Below, piece after piece: positions 10,566 through 21,655 of a DNA stretch of 64,000 nt. Under the pieces are notes generated by a model that saw only the letters and a program-made list of their open reading frames with translations, did not search any database and was not told the DNA's origin. Within the stretch, counting starts at the first letter, position 1, and every line of letters begins with the position of its first letter. The position numbers were made by a program, and so were the translations under genes. Origin of the DNA: Nitrospirota bacterium (GTDB lineage Bacteria; Nitrospirota; Thermodesulfovibrionia; Thermodesulfovibrionales; UBA9159); contig CAVOUE010000003.1 in the NCBI GenBank assembly GCA_963699545.1, forward strand, positions 128,001 through 192,000, written 5' to 3'.

Positions 10566-11706
10566 TTTTGCTCCTCTCTGCGTTCAACGCGCGTATTTAA
10601 AAGCTTCTTCACCTCCTCAAACACCTCATCCACGGTAATCAGTTTCATGCAGTAGGGGTTAACGCACCTTTTTGAGACACACGGATCGCAGGGCCTGTCC
10701 TTTTTTATGACCCTGTGGAGATGCAGGTCCTGGAGGGGCCCTACTCCCCAGGAGTTCGTGGGGCAGAACAGGGATACGGTCTTTGTCTGTAACGCGATAG
10801 CGATGTGCATCGCACCGGTATCATTCGTCACAAGGAGATCCATCTCCTTTACCAGTGCCCTCAATTGCCGCAAGGAGAGCTCCCCGGCTGTCGATACTAC
10901 ACGCCCTCCCATTTCCCGGGCTACGAAAGAGCAGAGGATCCTTTTCCCCGCTTGCACCGGTGAGGATGACCGGGATAGAAGGGTTGTATTCATGGATTCT
11001 CCTGCCAAGTTCCGCGAACCGCTCCTTTGGCCATTCCTTATATGGCGATGCTGCGCCCACCTGGAAGCCCACGATCCTCTCTCCCCGCTCGATCCCCTTC
11101 CTTTTGAGATAATCAAACAGAGGGTCTCGTTCCTCTTCCTCTGCTATAAGCACCATGGTCCTGTTGTTCTCCCCTGCAACCGACAAGGGAAGCCGTTTTG
11201 AGCCTCACCTCGATGGCATGGTGGTCCCAGGGGTTGCGAAACCCGTTGTCCCTGTTGCTCAGAAGGAACCCATACTCTTTTGACATGGGGATCTTTACAA
11301 TGAACCTTGCACCCGAAAGATAGGCCATGGGGGTGGCCTGGGGCTCATTCCCGTGAAAGATCAGCACGAGGTCCAACTTCTGTCTCCGGAACCTTCTGAC
11401 AGTTTTCAGAAACTTCCTGTATCCCCCATAGTACGGTATGACTCCCCTGATGTGGGGGTTATTTTCAAAGAGTTCCTTGTTCTTTTCGTTGAAATGGGCG
11501 ATGATGTGTGCGTTCGGATACCGTTCGCTCACCGCCCTGATGGCAGGGGTCGAAAGGAGAGTGTCCCCTATGGCCGTTGAGGAGACCACCAGGATATTCT
11601 TAACGTCCTCCGGCTCAAAGTGGTTCAGGTCGGTTTCTCTGCGATCCAGAGATTTCAGGAGCCTCACCGTGCAGAAAAGCAGACCGTCAATAGGATGCAT
11701 TCTCAT
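10562..11706 (-). CDS. Glycosyltransferase family 9 (two frameshifts)
   Basis: AIGDTLLSTPAI, KEWP and NDTGAMHIA spread across three overlapping ORFs. Confidence 0.85.
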
Positions 11707-12488
11707 TTTTTCCTCGTGGCAAGATAGAGAAAGGCAAGGATCGGGTTTGTATAGAGGAACATCCTTTTCTCGAACCATTCCCTCCTGTCTTTCACCACAA
11801 TCCTCTTGACTGAAAAGGGGTCAGAGCCGGCCTTCACGACGCCATGGTCTGTGGTATAGAGAGCTCTATAGCCCACCGCCTTTGCCACCTGCACCGCACC
11901 GTGAGTGTACTTCCCGTATGGCCAGCAGAGGAAGGGACACGTCCTCCCCAGGTTCTCCTCCATAATCTGCTTCGATTGCCCCAGTTCCTCGAAAAGCTCC
12001 CTTTCAGATAACTGGTCACATTTCCTGTGGCTCTTTGTATGGGAATAAAACTGCACCAGACCGCTCCCCGCCATTTCCTCCACGAGCTTCCAGTTCAGCG
12101 CCACCCTGCATGCCTCTCCCTTTTCGATCAAAGCCTTCGATTCATTGTGAGTGGGAACATAGTCCGGAAGGGATACCATCCTCCCTGACGCCCTTTCGAT
12201 CCGGTCGGTGACGATGAAGACGGTAGCATTGAGGTGGTTCTTCTTCAGCACGGGAAAGGCGTAGAGATAATTGTCAAGCCAGCCGTCGTCAAAGGTGATA
12301 ACCACTGCCTTCTGCTTCAGTGCCAGGTCCCCGTTCATATACTCGAGGAGTTCCGCTGCGGTCAGGGTTCTGTATCCGGACTCGCGGAGATGTTCCATCT
12401 GAGCCTCAAAGACCTCCGGGGTCACCGTCACCGTATCTCCGTGGTGAGGGTTCACGTGGTGGTACATCAAGACCGGGACAGGCCTCAT
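11703..12488 (-). CDS. Polysaccharide deacetylase (NodB/CE4)
   Basis: LMYHH, TFDDG, HTKSH, WPYG. Confidence 0.92.
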   Translation of the reverse strand: MRPVPVLMYHHVNPHHGDTVTVTPEVFEAQMEHLRESGYRTLTAAELLEYMNGDLALKQKAVVITFDDGWLDNYLYAFPVLKKNHLNATVFIVTDRIERASGRMVSLPDYVPTHNESKALIEKGEACRVALNWKLVEEMAGSGLVQFYSHTKSHRKCDQLSERELFEELGQSKQIMEENLGRTCPFLCWPYGKYTHGAVQVAKAVGYRALYTTDHGVVKAGSDPFSVKRIVVKDRREWFEKRMFLYTNPILAFLYLATRKK

Positions 12489-13579
12489 GGATTCTTTCCT
12501 CTGAGGAGGGAGAGATAGAGGGCATGGATCCTTTCACACATCCTTTCCACCGTGAAATGTTCAAGAACGATTTTTCGCCCCTCCTTTCCCATGTTTCCGG
12601 CCCGTCCTCTGTCTTTCAGCACGGTGACCATGGCCCCGGCCAGTGCAGAAGGATTATCAGGCTCCACAAGGAAACCGTTTATCCCGTCTTTTATGACCTC
12701 ACCCACGCCCCCCACGCTTGTGCCTATTACCGGCTTTTCCATGGCCATGGCCTCTATGAACGAGGTGCCCAGGGCTTCCTGGAGGGTGGGGAGCACGAAG
12801 AGGTCAAGAGACTTGAGAATATCCGGGATGTCCCTTCTCAGCCCCAGTATATGCACCTTGTCCTGTAATGCCAGCCGTTCGATTTTGCTCATGATATTCT
12901 TCTTTTGCGGCCCGTCACCTGCAAACACAAACACCGCCTCGGGTATCTCTCTCAGGACCAGGGGAATGGCGTCCAGGAGGATGTGATGCCCCTTCTTAAC
13001 CCTCATGATCCCCACCGTCCCTGCGAGGGGGACATCCCCTTCAAGCCCTAATTCCTGTCTCAGTCTACCTTCCGCATTCCCAGGGCTGAAATGGTCGACA
13101 TCCACCCCTGTGGGTATGGCAACCACCCTTCCGGCACTGACCCCTGCTCCAATGAGATAGCGCCTTACATATTCACTCACGGTGATCACACGGTGAGGCA
13201 AGAGGCTGTATGAGATCCTCGATGTTATGGGCATGGCCAGATGCCGTGTCCTCACCACCACCGGTTTCTTCCCCGAGATACGGCCTGCCACCCCGGCGAG
13301 GAAGCTGTCCCTGCCGCTGTGGGTGCTGATCACATCGATGGCCTCCGCTTTTATCAGCGTGAGAATGTACCGTATAGCGGGGAGGTCATAGCTTTTTCTC
13401 ATCCTGCACGTCCTCACCTCAAACCCTTCGGCCTCTGCCCTTTTCCCGAGGAGGCTCCCTGGCTGGCACAGGATGACGGCCCTTGCGCCGAGTTTCCTCA
13501 GTCCCATGGATTCGTGGAGTATCCTGTTCTCCTGGCCGCCCCAGCCCTTTGACGACTCTGTATGAAGTACGGTATACAT
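12485..13579 (-). CDS. Glycosyltransferase family 4
   Basis: GGQE, KKGH, EALGTSFIEAMAM. Confidence 0.9.
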   Translation of the reverse strand: MYTVLHTESSKGWGGQENRILHESMGLRKLGARAVILCQPGSLLGKRAEAEGFEVRTCRMRKSYDLPAIRYILTLIKAEAIDVISTHSGRDSFLAGVAGRISGKKPVVVRTRHLAMPITSRISYSLLPHRVITVSEYVRRYLIGAGVSAGRVVAIPTGVDVDHFSPGNAEGRLRQELGLEGDVPLAGTVGIMRVKKGHHILLDAIPLVLREIPEAVFVFAGDGPQKKNIMSKIERLALQDKVHILGLRRDIPDILKSLDLFVLPTLQEALGTSFIEAMAMEKPVIGTSVGGVGEVIKDGINGFLVEPDNPSALAGAMVTVLKDRGRAGNMGKEGRKIVLEHFTVERMCERIHALYLSLLRGKNP

Positions 13580-14734
13580 TTATTTTCCCCGCCTTCTCAG
13601 TCTCTCTTCGATAACAGTCCTGACTTCATCCACAGATATCTCTTCAAGGCATCTGCTTATCTTACTCCCCTCGCATCCGTCGCTCCCGCAGGGAATACAG
13701 TCCTGTTCCCTCTGGATCACGGTGTGTTCTCCAAAGACCTGCGTGCCGTTCCTCCTGACATAGGGGTTCCATGACCCCGAGATCCGAACTCCGGACCTCG
13801 AACTCTCATTGTCCCACGGCCCCCAGTTGAAAGCACCGCTCGGCCCGAAGAGGGCGATGACAGGGGTTCCCACTGCAGCAGCGATATGCATCGGGGCGGA
13901 ATCGACCCCGAAGAAAAGAGAAGAGACTTCTGATACAGCTCCCAGCTGTTTGATCGTCGTCTTTCCGCACAGGTCAAGGAGCCTTTGATTCGGCGCCACC
14001 AGGGAAAGGATCTTCTTCGCCTTTTCCATTTCGCGCATCTCCGGCGATGAGGTGACGATCACAATGATATTCCTGCCCAGGAGCCATTCCATGATCTCTG
14101 CCATATATTCATCCTTCCAGCACTTGAACAGCCACCGTGACGTTGGATGGATATGCACGATGGTATCATGTTCCGTTACATTGTTCGTCCGAGGATTGCT
14201 CATCACATATGCCCTGTCTCCTTCAGGGATGTGAAAATTCACAGAAAGATCTTCCCGTGTTTATTCCGAACTGGCTGACCACATCAAGGTTCTGTAAGAC
14301 CATATGCCGATTCCCGCTCGGGGGTGGAGAGATGGGTATAGAGGCGCTTCTTTTCCCGATAAACCCCTTCTTGGGTCTCCACCCCAGTCTGTATCTCGCT
14401 CCTGAAACAAACGAGATAATTGCTGCCCGGTCACCTCCGGTGAGGTCAACGGTCATGTCAAACCCCTTGTCCCTGAGCCGTTTCAGGAACCCTATCTCGT
14501 TCAGATACCGCTCTCGCCGGCGACAGCCCTTTTATCGTCCTCTCGAAAAGCAGTATCTCATCGATGAGAGGATTTCCCTTGAGAACATCTTCAGTGCCGG
14601 AATTCACCAATGCCGAGATATGCGCATCCAGGGAAATTTCTCCCTCAGCGCCCTGAACACCGGGACCGTGAGAAGGACATCTCCGAGGTGACGAAGTTTA
14701 TTACGAGGATCCTCTGTATTCCCACAAAGTTCAT
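13580..14734 (-). CDS. rfaQ: Lipopolysaccharide heptosyltransferase III-like GT9 (several frameshifts)
   Basis: N-terminal KLRHLGDVLLTVP near 14700; HPTSRWLFKCW; GVDSAPMHIAAA. Confidence 0.8.
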
Positions 14735-14836
14735 TTGTTCTTAATGTCCCTGAGATATGTCATCAGATGCAGTGAGACATGAGCGCTCATAATCCCGCCG
14801 ATAGTACGTGAGCAGACAATATCCTGCGCACCCAAA

Positions 14837-15961
14837 CTAACTATTATTTACCTTTTGGATCGTTTCTGTAAATTCCCTGACTGCCCTCTCGATGGGAAAT
14901 TGGTCTGCCTTCTCCCGCGCCCGCTCTCCCATGAACTTCAGATGCCCCACGGAACGATGTATCTTGTCCGCCAGTTCCGGCGGATCAGAGAGGGTCGGGA
15001 TAACATAACCCTTCCCTTCCGTTTTCGATGAGCTCAGCCGCACCGTTATTTTTTGTCGTGATCACCGGAAGCCCGGATGCCATGGCCTCCAGCGTGGCGT
15101 TGCTAAACGGGTCATAAAGGGTCGGGAGGACAAAGAGATCTGCCGCAGCGTAGAACTTCTCTATCTCCTTCCTGGGCGCCGAGGAAGATGATTCTCTCGC
15201 GGATTCCGCACTTGAACGGCGAGAACTCCATAGCGGCCCTCATCCCCTTTCCCGATCACCACCGCCCTGATATCCTCATCCTTAAGGAGGGACAGGGCAT
15301 TTATAAGGGTTCCCAGACCCTTTCTCTCGAAACCCGATCCCACAAAGAGCAGGAGTTTGCCATGCTCTGATACCGAAATCTCCTCCGCACCTCCTCACGC
15401 CACATCTCCTGTTTCCAGGAGTGAACCTCACAGGATCGACGCCGTTATATACTATCGTTATTCTTGTCTCCGGAACCGCATAGTGGTTCATGATCTGGTC
15501 CCTCACCATTCTCGAATTGGCAGATAATGAGCCCCGTATTCGAAAAGAGTCTCTTCTCTATGGAGAGCAATGCGCAAGATGGAGCGGGATTTATTCTAAA
15601 CGAGATTTTTTTGTAAACAGGCTCCACTCTTGACCGTATTTCGAGCCACTCTGCGTGACATCCTTCTCCCGCCCTGTAGATGTCCTGACAGGTTGTCCTC
15701 TCAAAGCTGATCACACAGTCAAACCCTGACGCGGTCGCCATCGCCTTTCTTGCATTCCTGTTGAACGTGACCACGGAGAGAAAAGAGCTGAGGGCACAGG
15801 ACATCCACCTTGTGGAAGATTATGCCCCTTTCTTCCGTCCATTGGTTTGCGAAGAGGTGAATTTCATGTCCTGCCTTTTTCAGATGTCCCATGAGGGTCT
15901 GGAGATAGCGCTCCGCCCCTCCGTGGAGAGAGAACCTCTTTTTTATGAATGCCAGTTTCAT
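14837..15961 (-). CDS. GT4 glycosyltransferase, WaaG/RfaG-like (several frameshifts)
   Basis: MKLAF...GGAERY; GSGFERKG; YDPFSNATLEAMASGLP in pieces. Confidence 0.8.
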
Positions 15962-16028
15962 ACGCAGCGCGAACGATGGCTGAAAGAGGAAAGGGACGTG
16001 TGATACAGGGCGGGCGGGCAAAGAATTC

Positions 16029-16778
16029 TTATACGACACCCCCTCTTCTTTTCTCCCAGATCTTTGCATACTTGAGAAAGGTATAGAAACTGTAGAGCCC
16101 GGCAAGGATGAACCCGTGCATGCCGTCCCTGAACCCCTGCCTCAGAAAAAACATCTTAATGAACACGGCAAAGGGATTGAGCACCATCGACATGAGGGGC
16201 GCATGCCTTTTATCGCCCAGTTCCTGTGTCGACAGGGTGGAATAGTTTTCCATCTTCCTTATGTAGTCGGAAATGGTCCGGTAGGTGTAGTGCTCAAGGG
16301 CCCCTTCAGATAGCCCACCGCACCATTCGACCACCACCTTCTCATGCACTTCCCGCGGTTCGATATGCGCTATGTCCTTCCTGAAAAGTCTCAGGATATA
16401 ATCAGGCCACCACCCGCTGTGGCGCATCCATTTGCCAAGGAAAAAGCTCTTCCTCGGCAGATAATAGCCGCTTATGCCGCCCTCCTGTATTCTTTCGGCG
16501 ATCTCTTTCTTCAATTCGGAGTGACCCGTTCGTCGGCATCGAGGATCAGGACCCACTGCTTCTCCGCACGGTCCACCGCCGTCTGCTTCTGCCTCGCGTA
16601 CCCCCTCCACTCCTGCTGATACACCCGGCTGGTATATTCCCTGCATGATGGCCAGCGTGCCATCAGTGCTGAAGGCATCCAGGACAACGATATCCTCAAA
16701 ATCCCTGACGCTCTCCAGCGCGTCCCTGATATTCGTCTCTTCGTCCTTTGTGACGATGACCACGGAAACCGGAATCAA
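16029..16778 (-). CDS. Glycosyltransferase family 2 (LPS core type), internal compensating frameshifts
   Basis: SVVIVTKDEE, STDGT, LDADER in alternate frame, WWPDY. Confidence 0.85.
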   Translation of the reverse strand: MIPVSVVIVTKDEETNIRDALESVRDFEDIVVLDAFSTDGTLAIMQGIYQPGVSAGVEGVREAEADGGGPCGEAVGPDPRCRRTGHSELKKEIAERIQEGGISGYYLPRKSFFLGKWMRHSGWWPDYILRLFRKDIAHIEPREVHEKVVVEWCGGLSEGALEHYTYRTISDYIRKMENYSTLSTQELGDKRHAPLMSMVLNPFAVFIKMFFLRQGFRDGMHGFILAGLYSFYTFLKYAKIWEKRRGGVV

Positions 16779-17571
16779 CGTGCCTCCCCCACAAGCAGTG
16801 CGTTCACCGACCCGATCTTCACCTTTGTCTTCAGCATCACGGGGATGCGCCTTTCATCGTCAGTCAGCCAGATGTATATCTCCCCTTTGCGGTAGAAGAT
16901 CCCTTCGGACTGCATAAGCGGTTTAACCACGATGGTATTAAATTCCCCCGCAGGTACTTCGACCTTCTCCTTTCTCAGCACCTGCACCTCGACATTCCAG
17001 ACCTTCTTGCTGTCAAAGACCGTCACATACACGGATTTGCCTACCTCAAGATGCTGTGTCCTGAGGAAGTAAAAGCTCGACAGGGGATCGAGAATGAAAG
17101 AGGGTACCTCAAACTCCTTCCGTTCGCTTTCCAGGTGATCGATATATGTCGCCTTTAATGCAGCGTGATCGAAGATCACCTCTTTGTTCTTGCGGTTCTT
17201 CCCCTCACGTATATTGAGACGGTAATTCACGGGCCGGCCGATCCCGGGGTCTTCTGGTTCCTCTGAAGCCTGGTCTCGGCGATATCATTCACCATATAAA
17301 AGACCGATATCCATCTAGCGGATCTTGCCGTGGACGTTATCGTGATATCGTCTCCGTTCTGCCGTATCGCGAGGGATGCCTCCCCCGCCTTGATCCCCGT
17401 CCAGGTGAGGTCATAGTTCAGGGTTTCCGGGATCTTAACGGAAAAGACTTCAGCAGCAAAAACACTCACGGGGCAGACGACGAGAATGAGCAGAAGAACC
17501 GCGCTCCTGAGAGATCTGAGAGTCACATGCCGCGGGGTACACCTATCGCTGTTTCTGAAAAGGGATAACAT
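16775..17571 (-). CDS. DUF3108-like exported protein (frameshift ~17230)
   Basis: Signal peptide, ETLNYDLTWTGIKAGEA, DPLSSFYFLR, VPAGEF, IWLTDD. Confidence 0.7.
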
Positions 17572-17589
17572 CTTTTGTTATATTAATAC

Positions 17590-18331
17590 ATGAGGGTAAT
17601 TCCTGCAATAGATTTGAAGGCGGGCAAGTGCGTCAGGCTCCTCCAGGGCAGGGACGACGCGGTAACTGTCTATTCGGATGATCCGGTGTCAACGGCAATA
17701 CGCTGGCAGTCATGTGGCGCCCGGCTCCTCCATGTGGTCGACCTCGACGGCGCATTCACCGGCGATCAGAAGAACCTTGAAGCTATCAGCAAGATCCGTG
17801 ACGCTGTAGAGATGGAGATCGAGGTAGGAGGAGGGATAAGGGACCTGAAAAAGATGGAAGAACTTATCACCCTGGGGATTGACAGGATGATCCTGGGAAC
17901 TGTGGCCGTGGAACAGCCGGAGCTGGTATCCGAGGCATGCAGGAGAGTTCCCGGGACGCATCCTTGCGGGTATCGACGCCAGGGACGGAAAGGTCGCGGT
18001 CAAGGGATGGGTCGAAGTCACTTCAGTGGATGCAAAGACCCTGGCAAGAGAAGCGGAAAGAAAAGGTGTTGCCGGAATAATCTATACTGACATCTCGACG
18101 GACGGCATGATGACCGGACCGAATATGCGCGCAATGGAGGAGATGGTGAAGACGGTGAGCATCCCGGTCATAGCATCCGGGGGCGTATCTTCCCTTGAGG
18201 ATATCAGACATCTCATGGGGATACATGGTCTCTGGGGCGTGATCACCGGCAAGGCCATCTATTCGGGAAGTCTTGATCTGAAAGAGGCGATAAAGCTTGG
18301 GAGTCGTGAAACCGTGAGGAGCGAGACGTGA
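17590..18331 (+). CDS. hisA: ProFAR isomerase HisA (frameshift ~17950)
   Basis: [32 protein letters not shown]. Confidence 0.93.
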
Positions 18332-18412
18332 AAAGCAAAGACACACCGAGAAAGAGTTTTCTCGTGCTCTTTACCCCTTGCTGTCCACGATTTACCCCAT
18401 ACTTTTTTTGAT

Positions 18413-19252
18413 ATGCTTGCAAAAAGAATAATTCCATGTCTGGACGTAAAGGACGGCAGGGTCGTCAAAGGGGTGAGTTTCGTCAACCTGCGGGACGCGG
18501 GGGACCCTGTAGAGGATGCCAAGTTCTATGATGAGCAGGGCGCTGATGAACTCATCTTCCTCGACATCACCGCATCCCACGAAAAGAGAAAGATCATCAT
18601 TGATGTGGTCGAAAGAACCGCCAATGATGTCTTCATGCCCCTCACCGTGGGCGGCGGGATAAAGAGCCTTGATGATATCAGGGACCTCCTTCGGGCAGGC
18701 TGTGATAAGGTCTCGGTGAATACCACTGCGGTGAAAGACCCCTTCTTCATCAAGAGGGCTGCAGAGCGGTTCGGAAGCCAGTGCATCGTGGTTGCCATAG
18801 ATGCCAAGAGAGTGACAGGGAACATGTCCGGGGCAACCGGTGAAGACTGGTTTGACGACCCTTCCCTGAAAGATGTCTGTCTGACGCTGCCCGCCCGTGA
18901 GCTGACGTGGGCCATCTCGACCCACGGCGGAAGAAAAATGAAGCTCATCGATGCCGTACAATGGGCGAAGAGAATAGAGGAACTGGGCGCAGGAGAAATC
19001 ATGCTCACCAGCATGGACATGGACGGGACAAAGGACGGTTATGACATAGAGCTGACCAAAGCGGTGTCAGAGGCGATCTCTATCCCCGTGATCGCATCAG
19101 GGGGTGCGGGGACCCTTGAGCACCTCTATGAAGGGCTTGTGCACGGGAAGGCGGATGCTGCCCTTGCAGCGTCCATATTTCACTTCAGGGAATACACCGT
19201 CAGGGAAGCAAAGGAATATCTAAGAGCAAAGGGAGTGGCGGTCAGGCTGTGA
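18413..19252 (+). CDS. hisF: Imidazole glycerol phosphate synthase cyclase subunit
   Basis: [32 protein letters not shown]. Confidence 0.96.
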   Translation: MLAKRIIPCLDVKDGRVVKGVSFVNLRDAGDPVEDAKFYDEQGADELIFLDITASHEKRKIIIDVVERTANDVFMPLTVGGGIKSLDDIRDLLRAGCDKVSVNTTAVKDPFFIKRAAERFGSQCIVVAIDAKRVTGNMSGATGEDWFDDPSLKDVCLTLPARELTWAISTHGGRKMKLIDAVQWAKRIEELGAGEIMLTSMDMDGTKDGYDIELTKAVSEAISIPVIASGGAGTLEHLYEGLVHGKADAALAASIFHFREYTVREAKEYLRAKGVAVRL

Positions 19253-19287
19253 TCGTAATGCGTCACCAGGGCACCAGGCCTTTGACA

Positions 19288-20388
19288 CTATGACACCTTG
19301 ACACGCTGACACTCATTCCGCTTTTCGATCCTGTGCTCTTCGATCAGTTCGCGGCCGGCAGGGGGCACAGTGATTGTCGCCGCGCTACCCGCGATGCTCG
19401 CTCCATACGGACTGTTCTCATCACGCTCCCTGGCCCTTCCGCCTGGAGCTCTGCGACCTCTCGTGATGGTCACTTCAACGAAGGGAAGATGTTTTGCATC
19501 CGAATACCGTGCACAGAAAGAGGCTGCAAGGGGAATAAAATGCCCGGAATCCGCGCCGCAGAGAAGCACCACCGGGCTTCCCACTCCTGCCACCCTGAAG
19601 AGATAACTGTCTGCAGCTGCAAAGGACTCTATGACCCCGTTTTCCTTCTCATCCCTGCCCACAATGGCCTTGCACGTAGGCGAGAGCCTGAAGTGTCTTC
19701 CCGCCCGGAGGAGATGCAGGTCATTAAGGGAAGGCTCAGGGGTATGGTCAAGGAGTTCACGCAACCTGAAGGAGAAGTTCGGCTCGGTAAGAAGGCACCC
19801 CCCGGCCGGTGCAGGGTAATCCGTCAATCCCAGTTCCTTCGCCAGGGCCATCTGGGGCCTTCTTGACCTGCCGCTGAAGTTATAGAGCAGTTCTCTCTTC
19901 ACGAGCCCTTCCCGTTCGGGCACGGTTTCATTGAAGAGTTGCGCGCTCAGGGGTCTCAGCACATATCCTTTCACGCCTGCGTCCCTGTCGATGATATTCA
20001 GCGTATCCCTCCTCTGGCTCATGGGCCTCTGGCCCAGTACCTCACCGGTAACAATAAAATCGGCACCGATCAGCCCCATGAGTTCCTTTGCCTCCCTGAG
20101 CATGAGGATCCTGCAGTCAATGCACGGGTTCATGTTCCTGCCGTGGCCGTATTTCGGATTCTTCACGATCTCGATGAACTCATCCGCCAGGTGTGAGAGC
20201 TTCACTTTAAACCCGAACTTCTCGGCGGCAGGATAGGGATTCTTCGAACACGAGGAACTGTCGCTTATATCGCAGCCGAAGTGCGTGAGGAACGTGACCG
20301 CTGTAATATCAATGCCTTGCCTCAGTAATACAAGGATCGCCAGAGTGCTGTCCAGTCCGCCAGAGAGCAATGCTATCGCTCTTGCCAT
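19288..20388 (-). CDS. PP-loop tRNA thiouridylase-like protein (ThiI/MnmA-related)
   Basis: SGGLDS, NPCIDCR, GEVLGQRPMSQ, PAGGCLLT. Confidence 0.8.
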   Translation of the reverse strand: MARAIALLSGGLDSTLAILVLLRQGIDITAVTFLTHFGCDISDSSSCSKNPYPAAEKFGFKVKLSHLADEFIEIVKNPKYGHGRNMNPCIDCRILMLREAKELMGLIGADFIVTGEVLGQRPMSQRRDTLNIIDRDAGVKGYVLRPLSAQLFNETVPEREGLVKRELLYNFSGRSRRPQMALAKELGLTDYPAPAGGCLLTEPNFSFRLRELLDHTPEPSLNDLHLLRAGRHFRLSPTCKAIVGRDEKENGVIESFAAADSYLFRVAGVGSPVVLLCGADSGHFIPLAASFCARYSDAKHLPFVEVTITRGRRAPGGRARERDENSPYGASIAGSAATITVPPAGRELIEEHRIEKRNECQRVKVS

Positions 20389-20427
20389 TTCAGCTGCCGT
20401 CGCCTTTCACGCCTCACTCCTCACACT

Positions 20428-21405
20428 TCACACCTTGCGCTTTGTGGTTTCTTTCAATGATTCGCCGATTTTCTCCGGGGTTACCACCGCAGCCCCCACC
20501 TCACCCACCACGATGCCCGCAGCATGGTTTGCGATGACCGCAGCCTCCTGCATAGACGCTCCGGAGGCACAGGCAAGGGTAAATGTTGCGATCACGGTAT
20601 CACCTGCGCCAGTGACATCATACACGTGCCTCGCCACAGTGGGAATATGGGTGATCCTGTTCTTCTCAAAAAGGCTCATCCCTTCTTCACCCCTTGTTAT
20701 CAGCACAGCCCCGCAGGAGAGTCTGCTCATGAGGGCCTTCCCCGCCTTGATAAGGGACATCCCGTCCTTTATCTCCACGCCCGATCCCTGGGAAGCCTCC
20801 ACAAGATTTGGAGTGATGATAGAGACGCCTTTATAGAAGTGAAAATGGCCCACCTTCGGGTCAACAGCCAGGAGCTTTTTCTGTGGCCTTGAAACCCGCA
20901 GGACCCCCTGAATGAGCTCATGGGACACCATTCCCTTCTTATAGTCGGACACGATGATCGCATCATGCTCATGGACGGCATGTTTCAGAAATCCTATGAT
21001 ATCCTCCATGACTTTTCCGGCGATCCTGCTCTTGTCCTCTTTGTCAAAGCGCACCACCTGCTGGTTATGGGCTATCACCCTCGTCTTCATGGTGGTCGGC
21101 CTTGAATCTTCGAAGAGTGCGCACCCAATACCCTTGTCTTCAAGGAGCTGCGCAAGGACCTCCCCTGCCCTGTCCTTTCCCGCCACCCCTGCCACGGTAA
21201 CATCACCTCCCAGGGAAATGATGTTGTTTGCCACATTGGCCGCCCCGCCGAGCATGAAGTTGTCGGCAGTGACCTCGACCACGGGAACAGGCGCCTCGGG
21301 AGAAATCCGGCTCACTTTGCCCCATATGTACCGGTCAAGGATGAGGTCGCCTATCACCAGTATCCTGCTCTTCTTGAAGTTTCTGAGAATACCCTCGAGT
21401 TTCAT
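20428..21405 (-). CDS. rfaE1: D-glycero-beta-D-manno-heptose-7-phosphate kinase
   Basis: RISPEAPVPV, GGAANVA, DVTGAGDT. Confidence 0.93.
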   Translation of the reverse strand: MKLEGILRNFKKSRILVIGDLILDRYIWGKVSRISPEAPVPVVEVTADNFMLGGAANVANNIISLGGDVTVAGVAGKDRAGEVLAQLLEDKGIGCALFEDSRPTTMKTRVIAHNQQVVRFDKEDKSRIAGKVMEDIIGFLKHAVHEHDAIIVSDYKKGMVSHELIQGVLRVSRPQKKLLAVDPKVGHFHFYKGVSIITPNLVEASQGSGVEIKDGMSLIKAGKALMSRLSCGAVLITRGEEGMSLFEKNRITHIPTVARHVYDVTGAGDTVIATFTLACASGASMQEAAVIANHAAGIVVGEVGAAVVTPEKIGESLKETTKRKV

Positions 21406-21502
21406 AATAAGAAAATACCGCACCTCACTCGAAAAAAGCAACAAATGGATTAGGGAAGTTACTGATCTTCAGGATTTTCCCCTTGATCAAGGCCGTGATG
21501 TG

Positions 21503-21578
21503 AAGCACGGTCTCATAAAACCTGCGCGGCGCAACAGGAACCGGTTCTGTTCCGAGAACAATATCAGGGGCTCAGGTG
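21503..21578 (+). repeat. Degenerate 76-bp copy of an internal segment (21780-21856) of the downstream MerR gene
   Basis: Manual alignment: about 6 substitutions and 1 indel. Confidence 0.9.
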
Positions 21579-21655
21579 CAGCAGACATAAAGCTCAGGAA
21601 TGATTTTGCTTGATTTCTTAAGTAGCAGGTGTTTTATAATTAGCAGCACGAACAC

